Source: Yuukianura sp. NJ FZ-2021
Taxonomy: Eukaryota
Assembly (NCBI GenBank): GCA_046563655.1
Contig: CM102290.1
Location: 9,796,001-9,860,000, forward strand
Direction of reading: 5' to 3'
DNA length: 64,000 nt
Positions within the stretch are counted from its first letter, which is position 1. The number at the start of each line of letters is the position of its first letter. The notes beneath the pieces were generated by a model. The model had not been told where the DNA came from. It saw only the letters and a list, made by a program, of their open reading frames with translations, and did no database searches. The position numbers and the translations under genes are program-made. Shown here in pieces: positions 50,947 to 63,169 of this stretch.

Positions 50947-53325
50947 ACTCTATTACGCGGGAGTACATTACCTTGTCCCTTCAACCTGCGTAGGCAGGCC
51001 GATGCTTTCTTCTTTGTGTTTGCGTTCACTACTGTTTCACTTTCACTTCTTTTTTCACTCAATTTTTAAAACTTTGCGGTTTGAATTTTGCGCCTTTCTT
51101 GTTGAGACGACGGAACCCATCTGACGACCGTGTTGGTCCAATAATATTTTCAATTCCCAAAAGACAATGAAAAGCATAACGTCGTTGACTGTGGCGAGGT
51201 TAAAACTAAAATTAAATTAATTACTCAATAAAATTTTTAGCCATTCATTCTTAAACAATCTGGCAGTAGAAAATAGCCTATAAACAAATAAGTGACACGT
51301 TATATAAATTCGTCCAACATCTATTAGTTGAACACACAGTCTAAAAGATGTCTCTGCAGTCTGCAGAAACCGTCTCGCCAGTCGCCACTCGCCGTCGCCC
51401 ACGCCAGTATGCCTTACCCGTTACCCCACTCTGCTAAGGACGGGGATGGGGATTATTGGGGCATTCCCCAGGCTCGGAGGTGGGGATTTCGTTTTTTAAT
51501 TAAAAAAAATATATGAGTCTCTTTTTGTTATTATAATCAACTCATATATACTCATATAGCTTCAAATAACCTGGGCAAAACCATACAGTGGTTCCAGCAT
51601 CAAGCATCATCGGCACTGAATTAAATCCAAAATAATTATACACTTATAATAATATAAATTAAACACCAAATTAAAACAAACAGTAATCAAATCAAATCGC
51701 TCTCGGTAATTCCATACGAATCACCAAAGAATTAGGAAAATTGAGTGCCTGTCCATCTTTTCATGGACTCGACACAGAAAAGCTTCCAAAAGAGAAATGA
51801 GTATCAATTCGGAAGTGACAGCAGGAAAGGATCCGTAACCGGTGAAAGCGATCTCATGCGAGTACTTAGGTTATGTTACTATTTTAGCCTATTCAACACC
51901 CAGTACACTTTTCGTCAATACGAAGCAGCGTCAGTGGTGAGTGGGGGGACCTGGACTCTTGATTAAGAAAGAGGACTTCTGGAATGATTGTGAAAGTGAC
52001 AGGGACATTAATATGAACTAGAACAATGGGACCCCTTAAACCAACACTCATTTCCATACAGACGAATCCAACCACCAAAGAATCCTATCATCCATCCATC
52101 AGTAGGCTACAAGCATTACTTCGGCACGGGACGTCCCCACAGGGGTCAACGACTTCAGGAGACCATTTTTGAAATTACAAAATTAAGTTCTGGATCAAAG
52201 GAGTCCTTAGTACACGCGCATCACCAACTTTCTATTCAACACAAAATGTCACACAACTTTTCTCCCGTTTTAAACACTTCAAAACAAAACAAAAACTAAA
52301 AACTTTGTTACCAGTTTCGTTTCGCTTGAAATACGGAAAATCACGTAAAATGGCAAGCTTTTTACGGAAAAACAAAATCCCACTCTCCAGCAACAATTTT
52401 CACCTATTTGAAGTATGTAATAATAAGTCGCTCTAAAATTTTATTTTAAGAATAGCCCTTAAAGGTCGAGAAAAATTTCATTGTTTTGCAAGAGTGCCAA
52501 CAAAGGACAAGGACGTCGACATTCCTCCCCACACTCTGAATGCAGAAAACACACTTCGTTTTCTCCAGCAACCTCCATCCAATCACAGAGCTCCTGGAGA
52601 AAGTCTAGAGGAAGAAGAAAACCGGGAAAATATGGTTTCCACTTATTTGAATTTTCCCTCTTTTCAATGCCACCTTTTCCTTCAGTCTTCCTTTGTTCCT
52701 TTTCGCGCTTCCGCTCAACCGAAAGGGTCCCCATACGCTTCACTTCAACTCGCGCTACCGTAAAACTTCAGTTACAATACGGTGCTTATTCCTTCCATTC
52801 AACTCTTTTTCCTCATGAAAGCGTAAACATTACAACAGCTAAGTCCTCGACAATAAAAAAAAACAATAAGAAAGCACCTATTTCCAAGAACTGCCTACTG
52901 GAACTTTTACGGTACTGAGCCTTCTTCTTCCAGGAATATGTTTGTTTTCTAAGGAAGACAATTGGTGCGGGTTGAGATTTCGGAGGAGATGAAAGGAGTT
53001 GCTCCTATTTTGCTAATTTCATTTGGCTCAAACTACTAATTTCCAATTTAGAGTCCGGAGGCGTTCCAAATTCAAAATCAAAATCAAATTTCCCACGCTC
53101 TAGCAACTTCCTATGGAGCAAATGCAGGCAAATTCCAATTTCAAAAACCTAAGCTCCTTTCTTATACGCATCCCTACCTTCAAGTCACAAACATTTGGCA
53201 CTATCACCACCAACCATGCACTAAATTTTCCAAAAACAGAAAAACAAAACAAACAAAAAATCAATCTCCCGATTTTTTTTTATATGAAATTGCGAGCTTC
53301 CTAAATCCAGGAAGTGAAACGTCAG

Positions 53326-53405
53326 AAAATTTCCAAAACAAAGTTTGTCCCTTCACAAAATTTCCAAAACAAAGTTTGCCCCTTTAGAAAATTTCCACAC
53401 CAAAG
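53326..53405. repeat. 31-bp tandem repeat, about 2.5 copies
   Basis: AAAATTTCCAAAACAAAGTTTG at 53326 and 53357, partial at 53388. Confidence 0.75.
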
Positions 53406-54832
53406 TCACCTAAAAAAAATTCTCCCCAAAAAAATTGAAAAATTGTACGACTATTTTATGGGTGAGAATAAAAAAAATTAAAGACCAAAAGACTTTTACA
53501 ACTTAAACGCCTTACCTTATGTTTACAAAAGCATAAAAATATTGAGTGTCAAAAACTTACAATTTCTCTTCAGTTCCAAAGTTTTGCCACACTTCCTCCC
53601 ATCTCCTTCTGTTCTTGAGCTAAAATTAGGAATTTCGAAATCTCCCCACTACTGAAAGAAGAAGTTTTTAAGTTGCTCATAAATTTTGCAGTTGAACAAG
53701 CAGCAAATTAACATAAATTAGGAACAGCTTAACGCAAGAGGAACTTCAAAAAGGCGGGAATAAGGTGGAAATTGTTTAAAAAATACGGTTCCGTAGAGGA
53801 AAAGCAAAAAAGCGAGAGACAGTGGAAGAAAGTGGTTGGACCCCCTAGCTCATCGCCTCATAAAAATTTAGATCCACTTTCCCCTAGCTTTTACGACCAA
53901 CAAAATATGCCCAAGTGGAGACTCGGACTACATTTCTTTTTCTTCCACCTTCCATCAGCATCAATATCATCAACTCCATTTCCATCAACAAAGACCCACT
54001 CGGCGGCATGGCAGATGACATTCAACAACGGCCGTAACCCAACTAAACCAAACGTGATTGACTACTCTTCAGTTGACCGATGTCATGTTGACCCAATTGT
54101 AGTTGACCTCCTGACGCACATTCTCGATGTCTAGGAGCACTCTGCCTGAGTGCCTTTGCATTTATGCTGGAAGGACCAATTCCTAATTGTAATGATAACG
54201 GAAGTCAATTGAAAGGAAAGTTCCAGTTTTTCATTAGATTTCATTCCATTTGTAGTAACAACAGGAACTAGCCAACAAGAGAGAATAAATTCTAGAACAT
54301 TACTTCTTTTAAGTGTTTTTTTTTCTTAACAGCGAAGGTAACATTGAATCACTTTCTTAGAAAACAGGAACAGGAAATAGAGAATGGAGAGTAGTTCTCC
54401 GTAAGAGTACTTTGTGTCATGATGGAGGATGGTTTTTTTTTAAGAGAGCACAGTCTCTATTAGTAACAAACCTAAGCATATTGATCATTCCAACTAAAGG
54501 AACGGCATCTAGTGGAAGAAGATTTCAGCTTCGGTGACCTTTCAAAATTCACGGGGTCAGCGACCTTTGACCTGTCAAATTCCCCCTGGGGGAACGTTGA
54601 GATCCAATACAACTTACACCCTAACTCAAATCCTCCCGCGTGATATATAAATGGCGCTGCCTTCAGAATTCAAAAACGGCACGGTGTGTCAGCTGACTTG
54701 AATTTCCCACCAAACTTCAAGCTCCACCTTCAGCTTTATAATCTCTGACGCTACCGGAAAGCACACTGGACTTGCTGGAGGCTACCAACTGGCACTTCGC
54801 CGTCTCCCTCTTTTCCCGCTCTTCTGTGTATC

Positions 54833-56728
54833 CTAGATGGCGCTCACCTTCTCACCCTCCCCAAACAGAGTTCCCGAACCACTCGACACGATTCCCCCCG
54901 CCCTTATCTCGTTCTGATTCTTTTGATTGTTCGGTTTTGGCGGCGGGAGAGAACAGGAAGCTCCGGAAGAGCGCGGAGTTTCTCGGAATGCGCAGATTCC
55001 ATTCATCTGATGAAGTGAGCTGATTTCAGGATCCGACCTTCCAAACCAAAAACCCAAAAGTGAGCAAAACCAAGTTGGTGGTTGAGAGAGCGGGAAGTTT
55101 CAAAATTGCTAAGCACTCATTCATGTGCGAAAGGAAGCCGTGGAAGTTTAAGTTTTGCGGCGGAGAGAAAGTTGGTAAAGTTTTATAGGAGATAATAAAA
55201 GAAAGTTTGGAGTGAGGAAGGTGTGGAGATGGCTGAAAGTTTGAGGTGCTGGGGTTCCACTCTTGTCCAATTGAGCTACGACCTGTCTCATCATGATGAA
55301 TGAAATGACCTGGCTCATGTCCAACCCTGTCAGGTCGAGATGAATGAAACGACCTCTCCGAGTGCTTTTCACGTCAGGACAATTGTATTGTGTTGTAAAA
55401 TGTGACTTACCTTCGCTGGACGAGTGCGACTGCCTGATACCCACATCGTCGACAACAGGAAATGATGTTACATGTGCAACTGATTTTGGAACAGCAAGGT
55501 GGCAGGCGAGAAGTCAGGATGCGATGAAACGCCGCTCGAAATTCGGAATTGAAAATGGAGTAGATTATAGCTGAAATTAAAAAAAAATTGAGTTTCAAAG
55601 AAGAAAAAAAGATTTGACAAACGCTATCTTCTTTGCCAGCTTACGATTGAGTGCCGAGTTCATGTACCCCAGCCACGTCAAAATCTGAAATGTCAAACTT
55701 CACAATTATTGTTAAATTCAATTTGTAAAGAAAAAAAGTATTCGTTTTTTCAATAACCTTGAAAGCAAATGGAGGTACACATGTCTTGCAGTAAGCCGCC
55801 AAAATGTTGGCAAAAAAGAACGGAACCCAACAAATCAGGAAGACGCCCATAATTATCCCAACAGTCACAGCAGCCTTGTGATCCGATACCTTTCAAAATA
55901 ATGCAGAAAAATCGTGATTACTTCATTTCACTAAACATGTCGATTACTTCCGATCAGTTTCCAACTAGTATAATAATTTGTTACCTGATAGGCAGACGAG
56001 GGATGCGGTGCCAGTCTACCTTCCGGTCTCGGAAACTGTCTCGTGACAGCTTTGATATTTTTTACGTGTTTCCTTGCGTATAGATAAAGTCTTGCGTAGA
56101 TTGCAACCATAACAAAACATGGTAGGTAGAAGGAGACACATGATGAGACGACTGCGTACGTCGGACTGAGGTCAAGGGCACACGTTGGGAGGGCATTCGG
56201 GTCAGAGTCTTCCTCAGGCGCTACACCAGCACGATGAAGGTCAAGGGAAATGGGAACGAAGGAAATGAGAGCCGCCAGGATCCATACGATTGCAATAACG
56301 CAGAGGATGCTGCGTTTGTTGACCCAACGACCGTAGCGTAAAGGATCCTTGATGTGAATGAATCGCTCCATACTGATGGTACACAGGTTCAGGATACTCG
56401 CCTAAGCAAAAAAAATCAGCTCCGTCGAATCTCAAACTGTGCGTAACATTGGAAAAGTAAATGTTATAATTTCCGTAGCTCACCGTGGAGCACATGACGT
56501 CAAAGGCTATCCATGTGTCACAGAACTGAGCTCCAAAGATCCAGTAACCAAGGAGGTCATTGACCACAGCAAAGGTCATGACCAGACATGCTACGAACAT
56601 GTCTGCAATTGCAAGTGACACAATGAAGAGGTTGCCGATTCTGCGCAGACTCCGTTCAGTGTAGACGGCGATGCAGACGAGGGCATTCCCAACAATCGAC
56701 GTAATTATCATGAGGGAGAGGAAAGTTC
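54833..56728 (-). CDS. Dop1R1: D1-like dopamine receptor (Dop1R1/DOP1), TM1 to C-terminus; N-terminal exon not identified
   Basis: Exons 56728-56484 (GNALVCIAVYTERSLRRIGNLF, FCDTWIAFDVMCST), 56401-55985 (ASILNL, IHIKDPLRYGRW, CALDLSPTYAVVSSCVSFYLP), 55889-55758 (SDHKAAVTVGIIMGVFLICWVPFF), 55684-55645, 55570-55411 (split NP-IIY), 55037-54833 ending KVSAI*. The short third intracellular loop, TM5 serines and VSAI terminus match arthropod Dop1R1. Confidence 0.92.
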
Positions 56729-59700
56729 CTGTCAAACAAAAAACAAACAAAAGAAGAACTAAATTCCACCGCATTAACTTCTCACTTGTTCTCGACACCA
56801 CAAAAATTTTTATAAATGACAAAAAAAATCTAAAAATCTACCAAATATTTCTTTTTTTCAAAGTTCACGTTTCTGCAAATTTTTCCGTACTTATACTATC
56901 GAGTTTTCGAGATCACATATGTTATACATATCTAGAAAAAGAAATTTTTGAAATATATCAAGCTTTGCGTAAAACTCTTCAGGAAAATTAAAATTGCAAA
57001 AGAAAAAAAAAAGAGACGGGGAACTTTTTTTTTCTCTCCAAACTCCGATACAGGAGATCTAGAACGTCTTAATTCAGAACTTCTGGAAGTGTCAGTCTCC
57101 GAATGGAATTTTGTCATGTGTCAAAGTAATTGAAATAATATCGGAGAAAGTTCAAAGTGCCACTTGACTCCGCTTCGTCCTCACTTAACGTCTTCCAAGA
57201 TGAGGAGCGTAGTTCCGTTACCATACCAACGCAAGTGGATTAGACAAAAAGCAACCTTCATTTTACCCTGCCCCCATTCCAGACAGACCTATTTCTCCAC
57301 ATACATAGTCTGCCTAGCTAAAATCCCTGCTCATTCGTTTATTATTTGTAAAGCCAAAAAAGCGGGTTACCCGCTCCCAGTTCCAGCGAAGTCTAGCTTT
57401 CTCTTTTTGGTTTCGACCGTAACGAAGGAAAGCAAAGTCCAAGGTGCTTCGTAACGGATTAGGTTAAATAAGTATGGGTTACGTCTCACGGGGTCTGGTC
57501 GTCTGTAACGGTAGTGAAAGTCGCTAGCACAATCCCTTCTCTTTTGTTCCGCAATGAAGCTCCCTTACTTAGGCATCAGGCATAATCTGGCCTACGAGAA
57601 ACAGAAAAACCGAAAAACACACAAAAGCCACCACCCACGCTAAACACAACCGAAAATTTACTCCCACGTTGCATCCTCAAAGTCCATTCATAAACCACAA
57701 CATTTCTCACGTTTCACACAAAGGTCAAAGACAAAACATCATCAACGAAGCTTCAACTTAATCCTAATGCCAAATGCAAATCAAAAAGTTTAAAAACCCC
57801 GCCAAAGGCTCTGTTCAACGAATTTCAAATTACTTTTAAGGACGGGTAAGAGGCAGCGTTTGTTTACGATTTGCTGTCAGCCATTGCCGTTAGTAACAAA
57901 GCAAAATCACTGCTCAAACGTGCAAAAGTCGGCACTCTTTCGAATGGTTGACGAAACAAAGTTTTTCAAAGTACAACATTTCAAATAATCTGGGGCTCAA
58001 CAATCAACGTGTTCCCATGGAGACGGCTAATTTCAGTGCCGACTTTTGCTAATTTGCAAATTACTATAGAATTTCATCTACTTTGGCTAATTAGATGTTC
58101 ATTATAAGACCTAGAAATGCGTTTGAGGTGTCTAAAAATCCGGAAGACCATGGCGCTTAAGTCGCCGTGACCAAATTTCCGAATTTTGGTATCATTGGAC
58201 GCGGAGAAAAAATTGAACTTTGTATTCAATTTTTAGTATCACTACACAACAAAAATTCAAGTTCGGTTTACTGCTCTGTATTCTACAGATAATGACGAAT
58301 TTTTAGAGCCCTTGTACACATTTCTACGTTATACCTGTGAATTCTAATTAGGCGTCAAAGTTTATTAATTTGAGGCGAAACGAGACCCACCGTTGCCATG
58401 TGTGATTCCTTCTTAATGTGGATTTTGCCGCCCACACTCAAACTCAAGTCCCATTTTACATTCATGCAGTGTTACTTTTTGTTAAACTACTCCGTAAAAA
58501 AAGGAGAAAGGTTTTCTCTATCATCCATTTTACTGCAGCCGTTATTAAGTGCAAATTAAACCTAAAAAAACGCGGCAGAACTCACGATCAGAACTCCCCA
58601 GTTTCTTTTAACAGTTTGATGTTTTCAGATAGTTACTTCCCCCAGAAAAAATTAACGCTCCAGGTTTTAAGCTCAGGGGAGTCACCCATTAAAATGTTAG
58701 TTTCAATTTCAGGAAAAAGGCGCACAGCGACGGCCTCGGTTAGTTTTCCAATTAATTTTGATTCAGACAGATTGAAACACACGAAGGAAAGTCAATTAAA
58801 ACGGATTTGGGGGAAGAGCAATTAAAACTGATTTTATTTTTGTTAGAAAAGAGGCTAAAAGTAACAATTCCCAAAGAAAAACTCTCCCATTCAAACAGCA
58901 GCATCAAACTTTAACTCTCAAACGGAGTTGTTCCTCTGCGCTCTTTTTCAAACATTCCGCTCTCCCTCCGCTCCACGTGACATCGCTCTTCCAATCGCTC
59001 TCATCAAAGGAAAAGACTCATTACTCCGAGGAAATGAAGCAAGCATTATTTGGTAATTGAGAGAAAGCAAAGGAGGCTATGCTAGGTTAGGGACCGAACC
59101 TAGCCATCTCTCCAACTTAAGCCCACATTACACCCGGGTCTCATCACGACTCATTCAACTTGTCTTTCCTCCGAGACAGCGGCAGTAATAACCTAAGTTT
59201 TTTTTGTTAGGTAGGACTTTTCGTCAGGTTAGTCGGGTTCTCAGGTTACGTTTTGGTTCAAGTTTGTAAAAAGAAAACAAGTCTTTTGGAGCTCCTTCGT
59301 CCAGATTAAGACAGAGTCTAATTTAATTGAGATTTGGAGAAAGAGAGCAGTGGAGCAGAAAGTCAACTAAATCAACAAAGTCTAATAAAATGAAACAACT
59401 CCCATCGCTTTCACTCTGCCCACCTTGTTTCCAGCATCAACACAGCTTTCCATTCCTGGACAGTTTTGGGCGGAAAGTTATGGACCTACTAATAAACTGA
59501 ATACATAAGACTAGCCTAACACATTAACATCCGTCCATCTGGGTCCGCTCATGATCGTCCCGTCACATACAAACTTCTGCACCATTCAACTCATACTTTC
59601 ACTGTCCACGACAAAACTTCTTCCAACTTTCAATCAGCCAGCCAAAAAACTTTTCTTCGTCAAAAGAGACTAAAAACCTCTAATTACTCCCGTCATTCCT

Positions 59701-60111
59701 ACACTTTTCGCTCAAGTAGAAAAAAACCTTTCACTGATATTGAAAAAAAATCAATCATACTGCAAAGTTTCATTAAAACTTTCTTTTCTTCGAAATTTAA
59801 ACACTGCCAAAAATTCTCTCTTTTGTGGCAATAAACTCTGGCAGTGATCCAAGTTCGATTTGTCACAGACTGTTGCTTCCGCTAGCTGATGCGGTTTCAT
59901 GGCGCGAAAAGATGAAGTGGAAAGTGCTTATGTAAGATATTTGAATACTGTACGCATCGTATCTCATTTCAAACCAAAAGTGAAAGCCCGCTTTTCTCCG
60001 AACCAAAACTTAAACTACTAGCAGAAGTTGTTGTTTTAGTCACTCTGAAATCTAACACCTTCTGTTTTCAGCTTTCTCCACTTTCAGTTCCAACCTTCTC
60101 TAAAAATCAGG

Positions 60112-60270
60112 GAAAATCGGTGGGAAACTGGAGGAAATCGACTGAAAATCGGTGGGAAACTGGAGGAAATCGACTGAAAATCGAGGAGAATCGGCGAAAA
60201 AATCAATGGGAAATTCCTGGGAAATTCGACTTAAATCGGGCGGGAGATCAATAAAAAAAATCGGGAAAAT
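60112..60270. repeat. 32-bp minisatellite (2 exact copies plus degenerate AAATCG-containing units)
   Basis: GAAAATCGGTGGGAAACTGGAGGAAATCGACT at 60112 and 60144, partial at 60176, then decays. Confidence 0.8.
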
Positions 60271-62732
60271 GAACGCTATCTAGGGTATTGTTTGACGTTG
60301 CTCAGCTGCTGGGATTAATTGCATCTTCTCCACATGAAAAAAAAAGAAAACCACAAAGGAAGAACGGAAGAAGATGATGAGCATGTTAAGAGTCGATAAG
60401 GAACTTGGATCCCCCGCCCCCTTCTTCTCACCCTCCCTCCCCAAATCCATTCCTCCCTAATGGGAAAAAATCTATTGGAAAAAGAAACAATGAACAGAGG
60501 AGCAAGCGGAGGCGGAGGGAGGGAGGCGATGAAACAATAATTTCATTTTAAATTCACGTTCAAACACACTTCCTCTACTGTACTGTAACATGCAGTAGTC
60601 TGTGTGCCAAGGGCAACCAGACACCAATTCCAATTCCAGTCCAAACACACACACACACGCCATCCAGTCATAGCCAAAAAATGGGCCTCTTCTCTCATCT
60701 TCACACAAATTCAAAAATTCCCGCTTTTGTTTTTGAAAAAAAATCGAGAGAATATAAATTGATAGGAAAATGCAAGTGGAGAGAAAATGCGAGGAAAAGA
60801 GAAGGGCGAAAGGCTTTTGTGTGACAGGAAAGGAGTAGACGGTGGAGCGGAAGTTTCAAGAATTTCCGAATTTCCTTGTCTCCCTCTCGAACAAAAGGGA
60901 GAAGTAAAGAGAAAGTCCGGAAGGCGAGAATTAAGAGGAAGAGGAAAACGTCTTCCAAACAACAGCATAACACAATCACATCAAATCATCCAGACCCAAT
61001 GGAAACTTAGCATTGACCTCTGACCGTTCCCGCCAAATTAATCACTTCAACAAAAACAAAACAAACGTAACCTACCAGAAAACTAAACGAAAGTCCCAAA
61101 AATGTAGAGAAAATGCATTTTCATTTTCAATGCAAAAAAGGTACGCCGAAGAGCATAGGCTAAAGCAAGATGTTGACATAACCCTTGACCTCTGGCCTGC
61201 ACGGCGATTAAACTTAGCAACTACCACTTCTTCACCACTACGGACTACTTGCTCCAGCACCAACCAATTCCACTAACATCTAGTACCACTTTCTGGAACG
61301 CCACACTTCGCGGATTTGACAAGCAGCCTACACAAGCTGTATTCCATAGTCCTTAAAATGTGTACATACAACTCAAAGTTTAAAAAGTACAACACATCAA
61401 CACACAACTGACAAACTCAATTCCCTAAAAAATTTACGAAAACACCAACTCGACAACTCTTTCGTTTTGACAGAAAACACGAACAAGAAAAATTGTTGAA
61501 ATTCTTTAGAAAAGTTGAGAACAGATCAATTCTTCATTAGGTTGTGAGTTACTTTATGTGAAGCTTATGTTAGGATAGTAGGTTATGCTTACGTTAGGTT
61601 AGTTAGATAATCCAAAAGGATTGAACTTTTAAATTTTGGACTTGTAAACTGAAAAGTTGGACTTTTAGGCAGGCTAGTGGGGATTTATTTGTGAAATAGT
61701 TTAGATTTTGTTTTGTCTAATTCACCAGGCAGAAGAGGAACTTTCTCCCTGGTACGTTTATTTTTGTTTGTGAATTTTGCCTCTGGTTACTTTTTGAAAA
61801 GTATGGAAGAGAGAGAGAGAGCGGGAGCGGGAATCTGTTCAATTTTTTGAATAATTCAGTACTTTGGCCATAGTGGATCAGTCAGTAATAGGAGAGGGGA
61901 TTTGCCATCCTCCGGTACCGTTCTATCCTGTTGTATCTAAACTTGAATTTTCGAGCCACAATGGAATTATCTGGTCGTCTCAAATTGCCCCAACTCAACT
62001 TCCTACTTCCCTCGGCAGGAAGGGAATTATTCGGAAACCGAATTCCGTTCTAAGTCGTCCATATACGATGAGAACCAGCATCATTAGTGCGAAACCTGCT
62101 TTTTCCTTTCTTTTTTTGAAACTGTCTGCAACATCCGTATCCGCAATACGCTGTATGGACTTGCTGTCCAAGCAACTCGCCTCAAGCGGCATCCAATTCA
62201 AAAAAATCATACCAGAATTTTTTTTTTTTTGAAAAAAGAAAAAGAAAAAGAAAACAGAAGCTAGAAAAGCTGAAAGCGAAAAGCCTGGTGAAGAGACACA
62301 AAACTTGCCTTCTTTCTATAATTTAGTTAAAAAACTTTTTCTCTTTCGGCTTTTACGTTTGTCATTCTCATAACTCCTCAACAACGTCCGCTCCAAAAAC
62401 TTCGTTCATTTAGCCTTTCATTTTTTTAAAATGCGAATTTGAAAACAAGGGAAATAAGAAAAAAAAAACCTTTCCCTTCTTAACTTTTTTTTTGAAAATT
62501 TCGAAAGCTCAACATGGCACAAAATTGAGAAAGTTTTTTTTTCTTCGACTTGTTATAATATTCAATATTACGAATCCCAGTTCAAATTAGGACATGAAAG
62601 GCTCTGGTAAAGTTAGACAGATCCATTGGCGTGGTAACTTTTCAGAGAATCGACACTTCCTTTTGAACCAAAAGGTCAAAGGTCAAGAATTTCAATCGCT
62701 AAAGTCAGTAATGTCAGTCCCAGAACCTGAAC

Positions 62733-62850
62733 CATGCATGCGGAATGGGGTGTATACTGTGTAGAATTCTACACGCTTAAAATTGGGGGGTGTAGACTGT
62801 AGATTTTCTACACATACATGTAGAAATTCGGCAGGGGGGTGTAGAATTAT
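62733..62850. repeat. Possible transposon terminus with repeated GTGTAGA/TCTACAC palindromic motifs
   Basis: GGGGTGTA occurs three times, together with GTGTAGAATTCTACAC (a perfect palindrome) and TGTAGATTTTCTACAC, within about 120 bp. Confidence 0.4.
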
Positions 62851-63169
62851 TATTTTATTTAAAATTGTTGGCTATTGTCGAGAAAACCGTGAAAACGCGT
62901 AGTTATCTGAAACAAAATTTTTTTCAGCCGCTAAAAATGAGCAGGAAAATTTCCCTCACCCGTTTATGTCCTGCTGTTTTTGGACTTGGACCTTCTCATC
63001 GGCATTTTTTCCCCCTCCACTGCTCCGCTAAAATTTTACACATAGACTTTTCTTCGAAGTCGGCGAAAGAACTGAGCAGCAAGTTCAAAAACTGCCGACG
63101 AGAGTAAAATAATGGAAAAGTCTGCGTAAGACAGAATCCAAAGGGAGGTATCATACTTAGAAGTTCCAA

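Noticed and set aside
57221..57275. Candidate N-terminal coding exon for Dop1R1 (MKVAFCLIHLRWY, phase 1 donor)
   Set aside because: The phase fits, but the peptide lacks the expected glycosylated extracellular character and any recognisable similarity.
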